A stretch of 64,000 nt of DNA from a plasmid, in sequence record NZ_CP029448.1; one strand, written 5' to 3'. A program made the translations under genes and the position numbers. Position 1 is the stretch's first letter, and each line of letters starts with the position of its first letter. Positions 10,886 through 21,000 of the stretch are shown piece after piece. The notes below the pieces were generated by a model that was not told the DNA's origin, did no database searches, and saw only the letters and a list, made by a program, of their open reading frames with translations.

Positions 10886-11340
10886 TTATCACTGTTTTCC
10901 CTGTGCATGCCTTGTCACTGGCTCGCGATGGATCCGTGCATGCTTGCCTCATTGGGTGATAACCGCGACCAGTTTAACAGCGTTGAAAAACTCAAAACTA
11001 TACAGGCATTGAACCAGTAACCGAGCGAAGCGGCCAAAATCCAGGGGACACTGGCGTTGGCAGTATGCGAAGTTCGTCTGACAGACATTTGTGGAATGGA
11101 CTGCGAAGACGTGTAACTCATCATACTGGGCCAGACTTTATTACTCGAGCCAGCGTGAGCGTGAAAAAGGGAAATCGCATCAATCAGCTATCCGGGCTCT
11201 GGCGTTTAAATGGATAAGGATCCTTTACCGCTGCAGGAAGACCAAACCCGGTACGACGAAGTGAAATATTTGCTGGCACTGAAACTCTTACTGAAACCAT
11301 AAAATGCTTGTCGAATGTCTCAGGCCGTGATCGGACATTG
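10871..11340 (+). mobile_element. Remnant, with an internal deletion, of the same IS110-family element seen at ~3250..4537. It represents the 3' portion only.
   Basis: Nucleotide homology runs from 10880 onward to 3485..3520 and then to 4090..4537 of the intact copy. The coding frame is broken. Confidence 0.6.
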
Positions 11341-11411
11341 ATGATAGAATGTTTGCACCAGTTGGCGCTATCTCCAATAAAGGTGACGCCGTTGGGCTGG
11401 TGGATTTGCCC

Positions 11412-12317
11412 CTATATTTCCAGACACCTGTTATCACTTAACCCATTACTGGCCCGCTGCCGCAGATATTCCCGTGGCGAGCGATAACCCAGCGCACTAT
11501 GCGGATGCCATTCGTTATAATGCTCGAACGCCTCTGCAAGGTTCTTTGCTGCCGTTAACCCGTCTGGTTTGGGCATGATACTTATGTAGTCACGCTTTAT
11601 CGTTTTCACGAAGCTCTCTGCTATTCCGTTACTCTCCGGACTCCGCACTGCCGTGTTCTTCGGTTCAAGTCCCAACATCCTGGCGAACTGACGTGTTTCA
11701 TTCGCCCGGTAGCATGAACCATTATCCGTCAGCCACTCCACTGGAGACGCCGGAAGCTCGCTGCCAAAGCGGCGTTCCACTGCTCCCAGCATGACGTCCT
11801 GTACTGTTTCACTGTCGAAGCCACCCGTTGTGACCGCCCAGTGCAGTGCCTCACGGTCACAGCAGTCCAGCGCGAACGTGACCCGCAGTTTTTCTCCGTT
11901 ATCACAGCGGAACTCAAACCCGTCAGAGCACCATCGCTGATTACTTTCTTTCACAGCCACTCTGCCGGTATGTGCCCGTTTCGATGGCGGTACAGCGGGT
12001 TTTCGCTCAAGCAACAGCGCATTCTGGCGCATGATCCGGTAAACACGTTTGGCATTGATCGCAGGCATACCATCAAGTTCTGTTTGTCTGCGAAGCAGCG
12101 CCCATACCCGACGATAACCATATGTGGGCAGCTCTCCGATAACATGGTGTATACGGCGAAGCACATCCGTATCATCCGTGTGACGGCTGCGGCGGCCGTC
12201 CTTCCAGTCATCGGTTCGTCTGAGAATGACGTGCAACTGCGCACGCGACACCCGGAGACAACGGCTGACGAAGCTTACTCCCCATCCCCGGGCAATAAGG
12301 GCGCGTGCGCTATCCAC
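11412..12317 (-). CDS. insD: IS2 InsD (orfB transposase catalytic part).
   Basis: 301-aa DDE domain matching IS2 OrfB. Confidence 0.9.
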
Positions 12318-12685
12318 TTTTTTGCTCGCCCATATTCAACGGCTTCTTTAAGGAGTTCATTTTCCATCGTTTTTTTGCCGAGCAGGCGCTGGAGTTCTTT
12401 AATCTGCTTCATGGCGGCAGCAAGTTCAGAGGCAGGAACGACCTGTTCTCCGGCAGCCACAGCAGTAAGACTTCCCTCCTGGTATTGCTTACGCCAGAGA
12501 AATAGCTGGCTGGCTGCCACACCATGTTGCCGGGCAACAAGGGAGACCGTCATTCCCGGTTCAAAGCTCTGCTGAACGATAGCGATCTTTTCCTGTGTAG
12601 TACGCCGTCTGCGTTTCTCCGGCCCTAAGACATCAATCATCTGTTCTCCAATGACTAGTCTAAAAACTAGTATTAAGAATATCAC
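12275..12685 (-). CDS. insC: IS2 InsC (orfA).
   Basis: [56 protein letters not shown]... is identical to IS2 InsC. Confidence 0.9.
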
Positions 12686-12948
12686 TTATTTAAGTGATAT
12701 TGGTTGTCTGGAGATTCAGGGGGCCAGTCTAGCTGGTCATTGACCATGATTTTAGTCGTTTCGTTGCAGTGACGTAGGGCAAAGCTGAGGCCCTCGGTTC
12801 AGACCAGAATCCCGCTCCCTGTTTATCAATATATTATGGTTGTCTAGCCGAAGCTAACCGTCACAACGATGCTCCTGAAACGTTCAGTATCGTTCAACGG
12901 TTAGCACGGTGAGCTGCGTTTTCGCACAGCCTTAGCGTCGCGGTTCAG

Positions 12949-12975
12949 AGATGCCGTAAAGGCATCTCTGAAGGG
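12949..12975 (-). terminator. Perfect hairpin (tcagagatgccgtaaaggcatctctga) immediately downstream of the stop of the minus-strand gene 12984..13586.
   Basis: Seen directly; 11-bp stem. Confidence 0.45.
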
Positions 12976-12983
12976 CATGATGA

Positions 12984-13586
12984 TTAGTGCTGATGCTCCG
13001 TATCGGGCGCTCTACCCTCCGCCATTTTGTTTATTTCCTCGACAAAATGTATGTAGTGAATGTAGTCTTTTACATATTCGCGTCCCTGCTTAACCGATTG
13101 ATTCGCCTGCTGCTTACTGAGTTCGGCTTTGGTAAATTTTTCCCGGATAGCATGCTCAATGTTAGCGGTCACCTTTGCCACCAGGCTATCAACACTGTTG
13201 GTGCGAAGTGCGGCATCAGCCTCTTGTACAATAACAGGAATATGACCTGCCGATTTTACACCGGTAAACGATGCACCTTCCGCTTCACGGTGAATACGTA
13301 CCAGGGTGGTAAAAAGCTTTTGCTGGGCCTTTTCCTGAGAGGTTTGACTGCTGCCTTGTTTACTCATTGTTTCGTCAAACGCCTTTCTGACGTCATCTTC
13401 ACGGTTTTCTGGTACCCATTTTAATAATGGGGTAACATCACGCGCCTGAAGGGCGCTTTTAGCCTCGGTGATCACAGGCCCATCCATGCTGTCGCAGTGG
13501 GCAAACGCCGTTGTGCTTACGGTCATTCCCGCAAGGAACATAATGCTTGCGCACAGGGATGTTCTGGTCTTTTTCTGCTTTTTCAT
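12984..13586 (-). CDS. Secreted or periplasmic hypothetical protein (200 aa). It is transcribed divergently from the AraC-type regulator.
   Basis: N-terminal signal peptide MKKQKKTRTSLCASIMFLAGMTVSTTAFAHC. Hydrophilic mature part with an HCDSMDGP motif. No family assignment. Confidence 0.5.
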   Translation of the reverse strand: MKKQKKTRTSLCASIMFLAGMTVSTTAFAHCDSMDGPVITEAKSALQARDVTPLLKWVPENREDDVRKAFDETMSKQGSSQTSQEKAQQKLFTTLVRIHREAEGASFTGVKSAGHIPVIVQEADAALRTNSVDSLVAKVTANIEHAIREKFTKAELSKQQANQSVKQGREYVKDYIHYIHFVEEINKMAEGRAPDTEHQH

Positions 13587-13763
13587 ATTAATACTCCGGG
13601 GTCTCTTTCGACCTGTTCATCTGCTTTTTTGTGTTTAAAGGAGGCAGAATTTCAGTCCTCTGCCGATTTGGTTGCAGAGTACTGGCGAGTAACCCGGGAG
13701 TCGTTCGAATTGATAAATTCGAACGTATGAAACGTAAAGTCGAACGTTCTGCTGACACGAAGC

Positions 13764-14954
13764 GTGTGTGGCGTCCGTTTCTCATATCTCGTTTTAAATT
13801 GTTGGTGCTCGTGCATGCTGAATGATCTATCTGTTTTTCTTCTGGCAGCAGGAATGATGCAGGCTGCATTGCTCTCTGTTTTTCTTCTTTTGCCGTCTAA
13901 CATCATACAAGTCAGCAACCGGCTATTGGTGATCGTTCTGCTGACCCTTGCCGCCGGTTTTGGTGAACTTTTCCTCTATGGTAGCGGCGTGAGTTTTTTA
14001 CACCCGAACTACGCCTATATCGGTACGCTTATCTCTCTGCTTCAGCCACCGGCCATCTATCTGTATACCCGTTCGCTGATGTATCGCCATTTTCGAATAC
14101 GGCCAGCTCATGCTGTACACTTAATCCCGTTTGCTACTGGCCTTATTGTGTTTTTCACGCTGTACGTTCCGTTATCTGACTCAGCAAAAATAACGCTCTT
14201 ACAGCAGCAGGATTTACCGGGCATGCCAGTATCACTGCCCCTTGCATTGGCCTATCACGGGGTATTTCTCGGCTGGCTTGGCTATTCCCTCAGACGTTTG
14301 CGGTCATTTAATTCGGATATTCAGCATCTTTATTCCGATATTGCCCGCCAGCAAATGCTCTGGCTCCGCTTCCTGCTGTCAGGTTATTTGGGACTTTGGA
14401 TAGTCAGTATTATTTGCTGCCTGTTTTTCTATCTGTTCAGGCTAACCGATAAAACGAGTTGGGTACTGCCCGTTGTCAGCATAGCGGGGTTTGCATTTAT
14501 TAATACGTTATTAGTTTGTGCGCTGCGGCAACCCGCTGCGTTTATGGGGCTAACGCAGGCAGATGAAATCCTGCTGGAGAATATTCAGCCGGTTAAAGCA
14601 CCGCAGTTACGGGGGGCTGAACAGGTGGATAAGGTGGCAGAATTTATGCACCGGAATCAGCCGTTTCTGGATTCCACCCTGTCCTTAAGCCAGCTTGCGC
14701 ATCAGTTAAAACTCTCGCCGCACGATCTGTCAGCCATTATCAACAACGGGTTTCAGCAGAATTTTTTTACGTTTATCAGCGAGTACCGAATAGAGCACGC
14801 TAAAAAACTCCTGGCAATGCCGGAAGATAAGCGGACCATTCTTGATATTATGTATTCCTCAGGCTTTAACTCTAAATCGGTCTTTAATACCGCGTTTAAG
14901 AAGCAAACGGGTTTAACGCCTTCAGAATATCGGCGGCGGCACTGTTGCAAATAG
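13764..14954 (+). CDS. AraC/XylS-family transcriptional regulator with an N-terminal multi-transmembrane sensor-like domain. Its C-terminus runs into the IS26 left inverted repeat (...RRRHCCK*), so the gene is 3'-altered by the IS26 insertion. The true start may be at 13815.
   Basis: C-terminal HTH_AraC signature (ILDIMYSSGFNSKSVFNTAFKKQTGLTPSEYRRR). About 6 transmembrane segments N-terminal. The stop codon lies inside the IS26 inverted repeat. Confidence 0.7.
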   Translation: MCGVRFSYLVLNCWCSCMLNDLSVFLLAAGMMQAALLSVFLLLPSNIIQVSNRLLVIVLLTLAAGFGELFLYGSGVSFLHPNYAYIGTLISLLQPPAIYLYTRSLMYRHFRIRPAHAVHLIPFATGLIVFFTLYVPLSDSAKITLLQQQDLPGMPVSLPLALAYHGVFLGWLGYSLRRLRSFNSDIQHLYSDIARQQMLWLRFLLSGYLGLWIVSIICCLFFYLFRLTDKTSWVLPVVSIAGFAFINTLLVCALRQPAAFMGLTQADEILLENIQPVKAPQLRGAEQVDKVAEFMHRNQPFLDSTLSLSQLAHQLKLSPHDLSAIINNGFQQNFFTFISEYRIEHAKKLLAMPEDKRTILDIMYSSGFNSKSVFNTAFKKQTGLTPSEYRRRHCCK

Positions 14955-15757
14955 TCGGTGGTGATAAACTTATCATCCCCTTTTGCTGATGGAGCTGCAC
15001 ATGAACCCATTCAAAGGCCGGCATTTTCAGCGTGACATCATTCTGTGGGCCGTACGCTGGTACTGCAAATACGGCATCAGTTACCGTGAGCTGCAGGAGA
15101 TGCTGGCTGAACGCGGAGTGAATGTCGATCACTCCACGATTTACCGCTGGGTTCAGCGTTATGCGCCTGAAATGGAAAAACGGCTGCGCTGGTACTGGCG
15201 TAACCCTTCCGATCTTTGCCCGTGGCACATGGATGAAACCTACGTGAAGGTCAATGGCCGCTGGGCGTATCTGTACCGGGCCGTCGACAGCCGGGGCCGC
15301 ACTGTCGATTTTTATCTCTCCTCCCGTCGTAACAGCAAAGCTGCATACCGGTTTCTGGGTAAAATCCTCAACAACGTGAAGAAGTGGCAGATCCCACGAT
15401 TCATCAACACGGATAAAGCGCCCGCCTATGGTCGCGCGCTTGCTCTGCTCAAACGCGAAGGCCGGTGCCCGTCTGACGTTGAACACCGACAGATTAAGTA
15501 CCGGAACAACGTGATTGAATGCGATCATGGCAAACTGAAACGGATAATCAACGCCACGCTGGGATTTAAATCCATGAAGACGGCTTACGCCACCATCAAA
15601 GGTATTGAGGTGATGCGTGCACTACGCAAAGGCCAGGCCTCAGCATTTTATTATGGTGATCCCCTGGGCGAAATGCGCCTGGTAAGCAGAGTTTTTGAAA
15701 TGTAAGGCCTTTGAATAAGACAAAAGGCTGCCTCATCGCTAACTTTGCAACAGTGCC
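14938..15757 (+). mobile_element. IS26 (820 bp) with 14-bp inverted repeats GGCACTGTTGCAAA, and no 8-bp target-site duplication.
   Basis: Inverted repeats at 14938..14951 and 15744..15757. Tnp26 is identical in pattern to IS26. The flanking octamers differ (tcggcggc / atttatac). Confidence 0.9.
15001..15705 (+). CDS. tnpA: IS26 transposase Tnp26 (234 aa).
   Basis: MNPFKGRHFQRDIILWAVRWYCKYGISYRELQEMLAERGVNVDHSTIYRWVQRYAPEMEKRLRWYW... matches IS26. Confidence 0.95.
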   Translation: MNPFKGRHFQRDIILWAVRWYCKYGISYRELQEMLAERGVNVDHSTIYRWVQRYAPEMEKRLRWYWRNPSDLCPWHMDETYVKVNGRWAYLYRAVDSRGRTVDFYLSSRRNSKAAYRFLGKILNNVKKWQIPRFINTDKAPAYGRALALLKREGRCPSDVEHRQIKYRNNVIECDHGKLKRIINATLGFKSMKTAYATIKGIEVMRALRKGQASAFYYGDPLGEMRLVSRVFEM

Positions 15758-16112
15758 ATTTATACTGCCGCAGCCTTGGACAGTTCGTGGTTTACGTAAC
15801 CGGTATTGTTCCCACGTTTCGAGCTTTCCAGAACGACCTTCAACCCTCACCATCGGCCCTGCCAATGACAAGTTTGCCCACAAGGCAGTCTCGGAGATTC
15901 TTTTCGACCCATCAGCAACTTATGCCTAAGTCACCGGCGGCTTGCCTGCCACACATTGAACATTACAGACCAATTAGCACTTTGTCACCGGGGAAAGATG
16001 TAAAGATTATGTATAAATAGATTGGCTTAGAAGTGACATTTCAACTTTGGAGAAACAGGTGACATTTTAAACTTGCTTTAACAAAATTTTGGGACTGACC
16101 GAAACAAAAAGG

Positions 16113-16134
16113 CCAGCCCCGGAGGGCTGGCTAT
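16113..16134 (-). terminator. Rho-independent terminator hairpin (gccagccc cgga gggctggc) preceded by an A-run, just after the antitoxin stop.
   Basis: Seen directly. Confidence 0.5.
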
Positions 16135-16416
16135 TCAGTACAGGGCAATGACAGGTTTCTTGATGCCGCAGGCGTGAGCGTAGCGGGTCAGTGTGTCGAT
16201 GCTGGCTTTGGTGATGTTGTTTTCCAGGCGAGAAATAACCGGAGGTGTAACCCCCATGCGTTCAGCAACCTGCGCTTTTGTCAGGTTGTCATGCTTGCGC
16301 CATTCAGCAAGCAGCTCCCTGAGCTTTTCCTTACGTTCTTCTTCCTGCCATGCAGCGCGATATTCATCGTCCTGCATCCACTCGTTATGCAGTTCTTTAT
16401 GGCTTACCAGTTTCAT
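16135..16416 (-). CDS. XRE-family HTH antitoxin (HigA-like), the second gene of a toxin-antitoxin operon.
   Basis: HTH in LTKAQVAERMGVTPPVISRLENN. It overlaps the upstream toxin gene by 20 nt. Confidence 0.7.
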   Translation of the reverse strand: MKLVSHKELHNEWMQDDEYRAAWQEEERKEKLRELLAEWRKHDNLTKAQVAERMGVTPPVISRLENNITKASIDTLTRYAHACGIKKPVIALY

Positions 16417-16726
16417 TAAGTACCTCCGCTAACCGCTTTTTGGCGAGATCGATTTCTTTCGCTGGCGTTTTCTGTGACTTCTTGATGAAAACACGGAGCA
16501 TGATGATGGTATTGCCTTTGTGGTATACCCAGATTCCCCTGGCTATGTCCGTCCCCATCGTGCGGATCTCAAAAAGTCCATCGCCCAGGGGCTTCGTGTC
16601 CGGCTCCCGCAGTAATCGGGCGTCATACTCCAGTTTGCCGATGAGACGGTCAAACTTCACCCTGATTTTTACGGGTAATGCTGTGGCTTCTTCCCTGGCT
16701 TCCGGGTGATAAACAACGCTAAACAT
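16397..16726 (-). CDS. RelE/ParE-superfamily toxin (HigB-like), with the toxin gene first.
   Basis: 109 aa from the ATG at 16726. Basic small protein, with the toxin-upstream and HTH-antitoxin-downstream organisation typical of higBA. Confidence 0.65.
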   Translation of the reverse strand: MFSVVYHPEAREEATALPVKIRVKFDRLIGKLEYDARLLREPDTKPLGDGLFEIRTMGTDIARGIWVYHKGNTIIMLRVFIKKSQKTPAKEIDLAKKRLAEVLNETGKP

Positions 16727-16756
16727 GTGACCTCCCATTTCTATTAATATTAACCT

Positions 16757-16803
16757 ATAGGCTAATTTCAGACAAGGTAGAATTAACCTATAAGCTAATT
16801 TTG
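16757..16803. promoter_or_regulatory. Two direct repeats of TTAACCTATA(G/A)GCTAATTT within 30 nt of the toxin start codon. They are a putative operator for toxin-antitoxin autoregulation.
   Basis: Repeats at 16757..16775 and 16785..16803, seen directly. Confidence 0.4.
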
Positions 16804-16804
16804 T

Positions 16805-17300
16805 TGGCAGTTATCGTGGCTACCCGGTCACTACCCTGTTAGCGTGAGTTTTCGTTCCACTGAGGAACGGGGATTTATGCGCGTTAGCGCATGTAAGGCG
16901 GCAGGATGAAATGACAGGTAGCACCGAGGGTTAGCCGCCGATACCAGTGAGGGATCGAAAGGGATCGCCTATCCATCCCTTCACCCTGCAAAGCCATATT
17001 CCGCTAAAAGCGGCTCAGAGGCTTTTGTGCGCGGTCGGAGTGGTCACAACAAGGCGAAGCCGCAGTTGGGGCGTATCTCCGCGTTAGCGGGTCGTAAGAG
17101 CCGCTTACGAGCGTGTAAGCTAATTCTTCAGCGATATTTGCTGACGTATCCGGCGTGGCCGGATTTGTCCAATCCCTCGATGGCTAACAGCTCGCCTGTT
17201 AGCCATCGAGGGATTCCGTTCTGAATGCCCCGCGCTTTAGCGTGGGGAGCTACTTTTGAGGCGCTCGCGCCGATGCTGTTCGGTTATCCACTTTTTAAAG
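16805..17300 (+). repeat. Copy A of an unexplained conserved non-coding element. Its core at 17020..17110 begins GTGCGCGGTCGGAGTGGTC... A diverged reverse-orientation copy lies at ~36550..37000.
   Basis: About 85% identity over the 95-bp core to the reverse complement of 36593..36690, with weaker similarity extending ~200 bp upstream. Several internal hairpins. Only non-credible ORFs overlap it. Confidence 0.3.
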
Positions 17301-17480
17301 GGGATAACAGTAATGTCTTTTATTTTTTGGTTTATCTTTTAATACGTAAGTAATTAAAAGATAAACCAAAAGAGTATTTGCGCCATCTCGTTTGCACTTC
17401 ATTATCACTTACCCACAAGCTATACAGCAGTTGTGGTGGGTCTACGCCGGAACCGCCGAAAAATCCGTCATTCCTGTAGG

Positions 17481-17520
17481 CGGGATGGGTTGGATTTCGA
17501 AAATTATTGTACGTTAAGGC
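17481..17520 (+). repeat. Degenerate third copy of the Tn3-family inverted repeat (GGGATGGGTTGGATTTCGAAAATTATTGTACGTTAAGG), in the same orientation as the inverted repeat at 18024.
   Basis: 25 of the last 27 nt match the other inverted-repeat copies. The outer 12 nt are diverged. Confidence 0.4.
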
Positions 17521-17589
17521 TGTTTTTTGTACTGAGGTTTATTGCAGACGTGCAGAATCCCCGCCAGCTAAGGCGGTAGTAGGCGGGGA

Positions 17590-17988
17590 TCAGGCAAAGG
17601 TTAGGGAGTAGTATTCCTGTTTGCGCTGGCGAGCCACTTCACGCTTCGCTTTCATCCTGGCTAACCCGGCAGCGGCCTTACGCGTCCAGTTCTCAACCTT
17701 GATAGCGATTAACCGGACATCCCCGGAGGATATGATTTCTTCCGGGTTGGCCTTAAGCAGCCTGGCGCGTTCCCGGTAAACCTGTTTTAGCGGGATGCCG
17801 AGAATGGCGAAGAAATCCTCTGTAACCTCAATGTGCTTGCAGGCGCAACGGGCGTCATAAGGGTTGAAAGGGGCTTTTTCCGAGATGATGGCATTAAGCC
17901 AGGAGAGGCGATCACATCCCCGGCTGGCACGAGAAATCGACTTGTGACCCGCATCACTGCGCGTCGCCAGCCCGGCGCGTTCGGCCAA
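17590..17988 (-). CDS. Hypothetical protein (132 aa) lying between the degenerate inverted repeat (17481) and the intact inverted repeat (18024).
   Basis: ORF only; no recognisable domains. Its coding status is uncertain. Confidence 0.2.
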   Translation of the reverse strand: MAERAGLATRSDAGHKSISRASRGCDRLSWLNAIISEKAPFNPYDARCACKHIEVTEDFFAILGIPLKQVYRERARLLKANPEEIISSGDVRLIAIKVENWTRKAAAGLARMKAKREVARQRKQEYYSLTFA

Positions 17989-18023
17989 CGTTTCAAGGTT
18001 ATGTATGGTTTGCCAGTCTCTTA

Positions 18024-21000
18024 GGGGTCAGTTTGGATATAGAGAATTATTGTACGGCAAGCCTGTTTTTTGAACAGGCTTGCCTATAGCAATAGGGTGT
18101 ACCCTTATGCGATACCATTTTTGTTAAAAATTCCGCATCAAATAATTTATGAGGGAAACTATATGGCAAGGAGGCAGATTCTTTCTCTGTCGGAAAGAGA
18201 ATCATTACTGGCATTGCCAGATGATGAGTTAACGCTGACCCGAATGGCCTATTTCAGTGAGCATGATCTGGCACTTATCAGTGCTCACCGTAAACCTGCC
18301 AGCCGTTTTGGTTTTGCCGTCCTTCTTTGCTACCTGAAAAATGTCGGCTTTGCTCCGGATAAAAAAATCCCACCCTCTGATGCGCTGCTGAAGCATATCG
18401 CCAGCAGGCTAAAGCTTACCGGGGATCTCTGGCCTGCTTACCTTTCCGGCAGGGATACGACCCGGCGTGAGCATTTAACCGAACTGTACCGCTATCTTGG
18501 CGTAAAGGCGTTCACCGGCAAAATACAGCAGGACGGTATTACGCACCTGTTGTCGATGGCGACGCGCACCGATAAAGGTATTCTCCTGGCCGAAGAGTTA
18601 CTGGTCTGGCTCCGGCAGAACAACGTGATAATTCCCGCGATTGATGTCGTGGAGCGGACCTGTGCGGAGGCCATGGCTGGCGGAGATAAAATCGTATTTC
18701 AGACCCTGAATGCCCCGTTAACTCCGGCGCACCGGGATGCCCTGGATCGTTTACTTGAGTCATCAGATAATCAGCCTTCCAGGCTGACATGGCTTCTGCA
18801 ACCGCCGGGTAAAATCAATGGTAAGAACGTACTGCAACATCTTGATCGGCTCAGCAGCATTGAATCGCTGGCATTACCTGAAGGTATAGATCGTACCATT
18901 CACCAGAACCGGTTGCTGAAACTGGCGCGGGAAGGCCGAAAGATGAGTAGCCGGGATTTGACCCGATTTTCAGCAGCCCGCCGTCATGCGATCCTGGTCT
19001 GCGTGCTGGAAGAAGCCAGAGCCACACTGACAGACGAAGTGATTGAGCTGCATGAACGAATGCTGAACAGCCTTTTCAACAAAGCCAAAAGAACACAGGC
19101 TGAGCGCCTTCAGCAGACCGGAAAGCTGATCCAGTCCAAACTGAGGCAGTACATCGATGTTGGTCAGGCGCTGTCTGATGCCCGCGACTCCGGTGGCGAT
19201 CCATGGCTCGCAATAGAAAACATACTCCCGTGGCCTGAATTTGTCGCCAGTCTGGAGGAAACACGCCATCTCGCCAGAAAAAATAATTTTGACCCGCTGC
19301 ATATTATTACTGAGAAATACAGCACATTACGGAAATATGCCCCGCGCATGTTGTCCGCTTTACAGTTAGTCGCAACCCCGGCAGCACAACCTCTGGCTGA
19401 TGCGCTGGTTGTGATCAAGGATATGTACCGGAAGCAGTCACGTAAAGTTCCGGCGACTGCGCCGCTTGAGTTTGTCCCTGAAAGCTGGCGCAAGGTGGTG
19501 ATTACACCTGCGGGTATTGACCGGCAGTATTATGAATTTTGTGCGCTCAGCGAGCTTAAGGGAGCGTTGCGCTCCGGGGACATCTGGGTTAAAGGCTCAC
19601 GCCGCTACAAAAATTTTGATGATTACCTCATTCCCGAAAAGGACTTTGACAAACTCACACCGGCGCTGCCACTGCCCGTATCTGCTGATTATCATGAGTA
19701 CATTGCCAGCCGTATGACTCTGCTTCAGTCCAGACTTGAAGAGGTCAATGCCATGGCTGCCCTTGGTGAACTGCCCGATGTGGAAATATCCGACAAGGGC
19801 GTAAAAGTCTCTCCGCTGGATAACTGCGTTCCGGCACAGGTTTCACCGCTGGCAGAACTGGTTTACAGCATGCTACCGCGACCTAAAATCACGGAAATTC
19901 TCGACGAGGTAAACTGCTGGACGACGTTTACCCGTCATTTTTCGCATATAAAAAATGACATTACCCGTCCCGATACCCGCCAGCTCCTCACCACCATTCT
20001 TGCGGATGGCATCAATCTTGGCCTGACCAAAATGGCAGAAGCCTGCCCCGGGAGCACCAAATCATCACTCGAAGATATTCAGGCATGGTATACCCGCGAC
20101 GAAACCTATTCAGCCGCGCTTGCTGAGCTGGTAAATGCGCAGGGAAAAAGACCACTGGCGGCATTCTGGGGAGACGGAACAACGTCATCATCAGATGGAC
20201 AGAATTTCAGAACAGGCAGCTCAGGCCGCTACGCAGGGCAGGTTAACCCGAAATATGGGCAAGAACCTGGACGTCAGTTTTATACCCATATTTCGGATCA
20301 ATACAGCCCGTTTTACACCTGCATAATAAGTCGGGTCAGGGATTCAACCCATGTTCTCGATGGTTTGCTGTATCACGAAAGCGACCTGGAAATCAGGGAG
20401 CATTACACCGATACAGCTGGTTTCACCGATCATGTCTTTGCCCTGATGCATCTGCTAGGCTTTGCGTTCTGTCCACGAATCAGGGATCTCCACGACAAAA
20501 AGCTGTTTATCAAAGGGAAAGCAGACCAATACCCGGCGCTTCAGTCACTGATATCAACAACCAGCCTGAATCTGAAAGAGATCGAAATTCACTGGCGTGA
20601 AGTGCTGCGCCTGGCAACCTCGATAAAGCAGGGAACCGTGACGGCATCCCTGATGCTTAAAAAGCTTGCCAGCTACCCCAAGCAAAACGGACTTGCCAAA
20701 GCACTGAGGGAAATTGGCCGTATTGAACGAACGCTGTTTATGCTCGACTGGTTCCGCGATCCGGCACTTCGTCGGCGGGTACAGGCGGGACTGAATAAAG
20801 GAGAAGCCCGTAACGCGCTGGCGCGCGCGGTATTCCTGCACCGTCTGGGTGAAATCAGGGATCGTAAACCGGAAAATCAGAGCTACCGCGCCAGCGGACT
20901 GACGCTGCTGACGGCAGCTATCTCGCTGTGGAATACCATCTATATGGAAAGAGCGGTCGATACCCTGAAGCGTAAAGGGATGAAGATCAACGAGCGACTG

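Larger units (their letters stand above)
11401..12731 (-). mobile_element. IS2, intact (1331 bp), flanked by a 5-bp target-site duplication GCTGG.
   Basis: IS2 termini TAGACTGGCCCCCTGAATCTCC (12710..12731, reverse complement) and TGGATTTGCCCCTATATTTCC (11401 onward). InsC and InsD are identical to IS2. GCTGG occurs at 11396..11400 and again at 12732..12736. Confidence 0.9.

Noticed and set aside
12987-13424. 145-aa plus-strand ORF antisense to the secreted-protein gene
   Set aside because: It overlaps a better-supported minus-strand gene that has a signal peptide and a terminator. It is AT-rich, with a Phe/Leu-heavy translation.
17020-17110. A group II intron 5' end (GTGCG) was considered for the conserved element
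   Set aside because: There is no intron-encoded RT/maturase ORF and no recognisable domain V. The conserved stretch is far shorter than an ORF-less group II intron. Left as unexplained.
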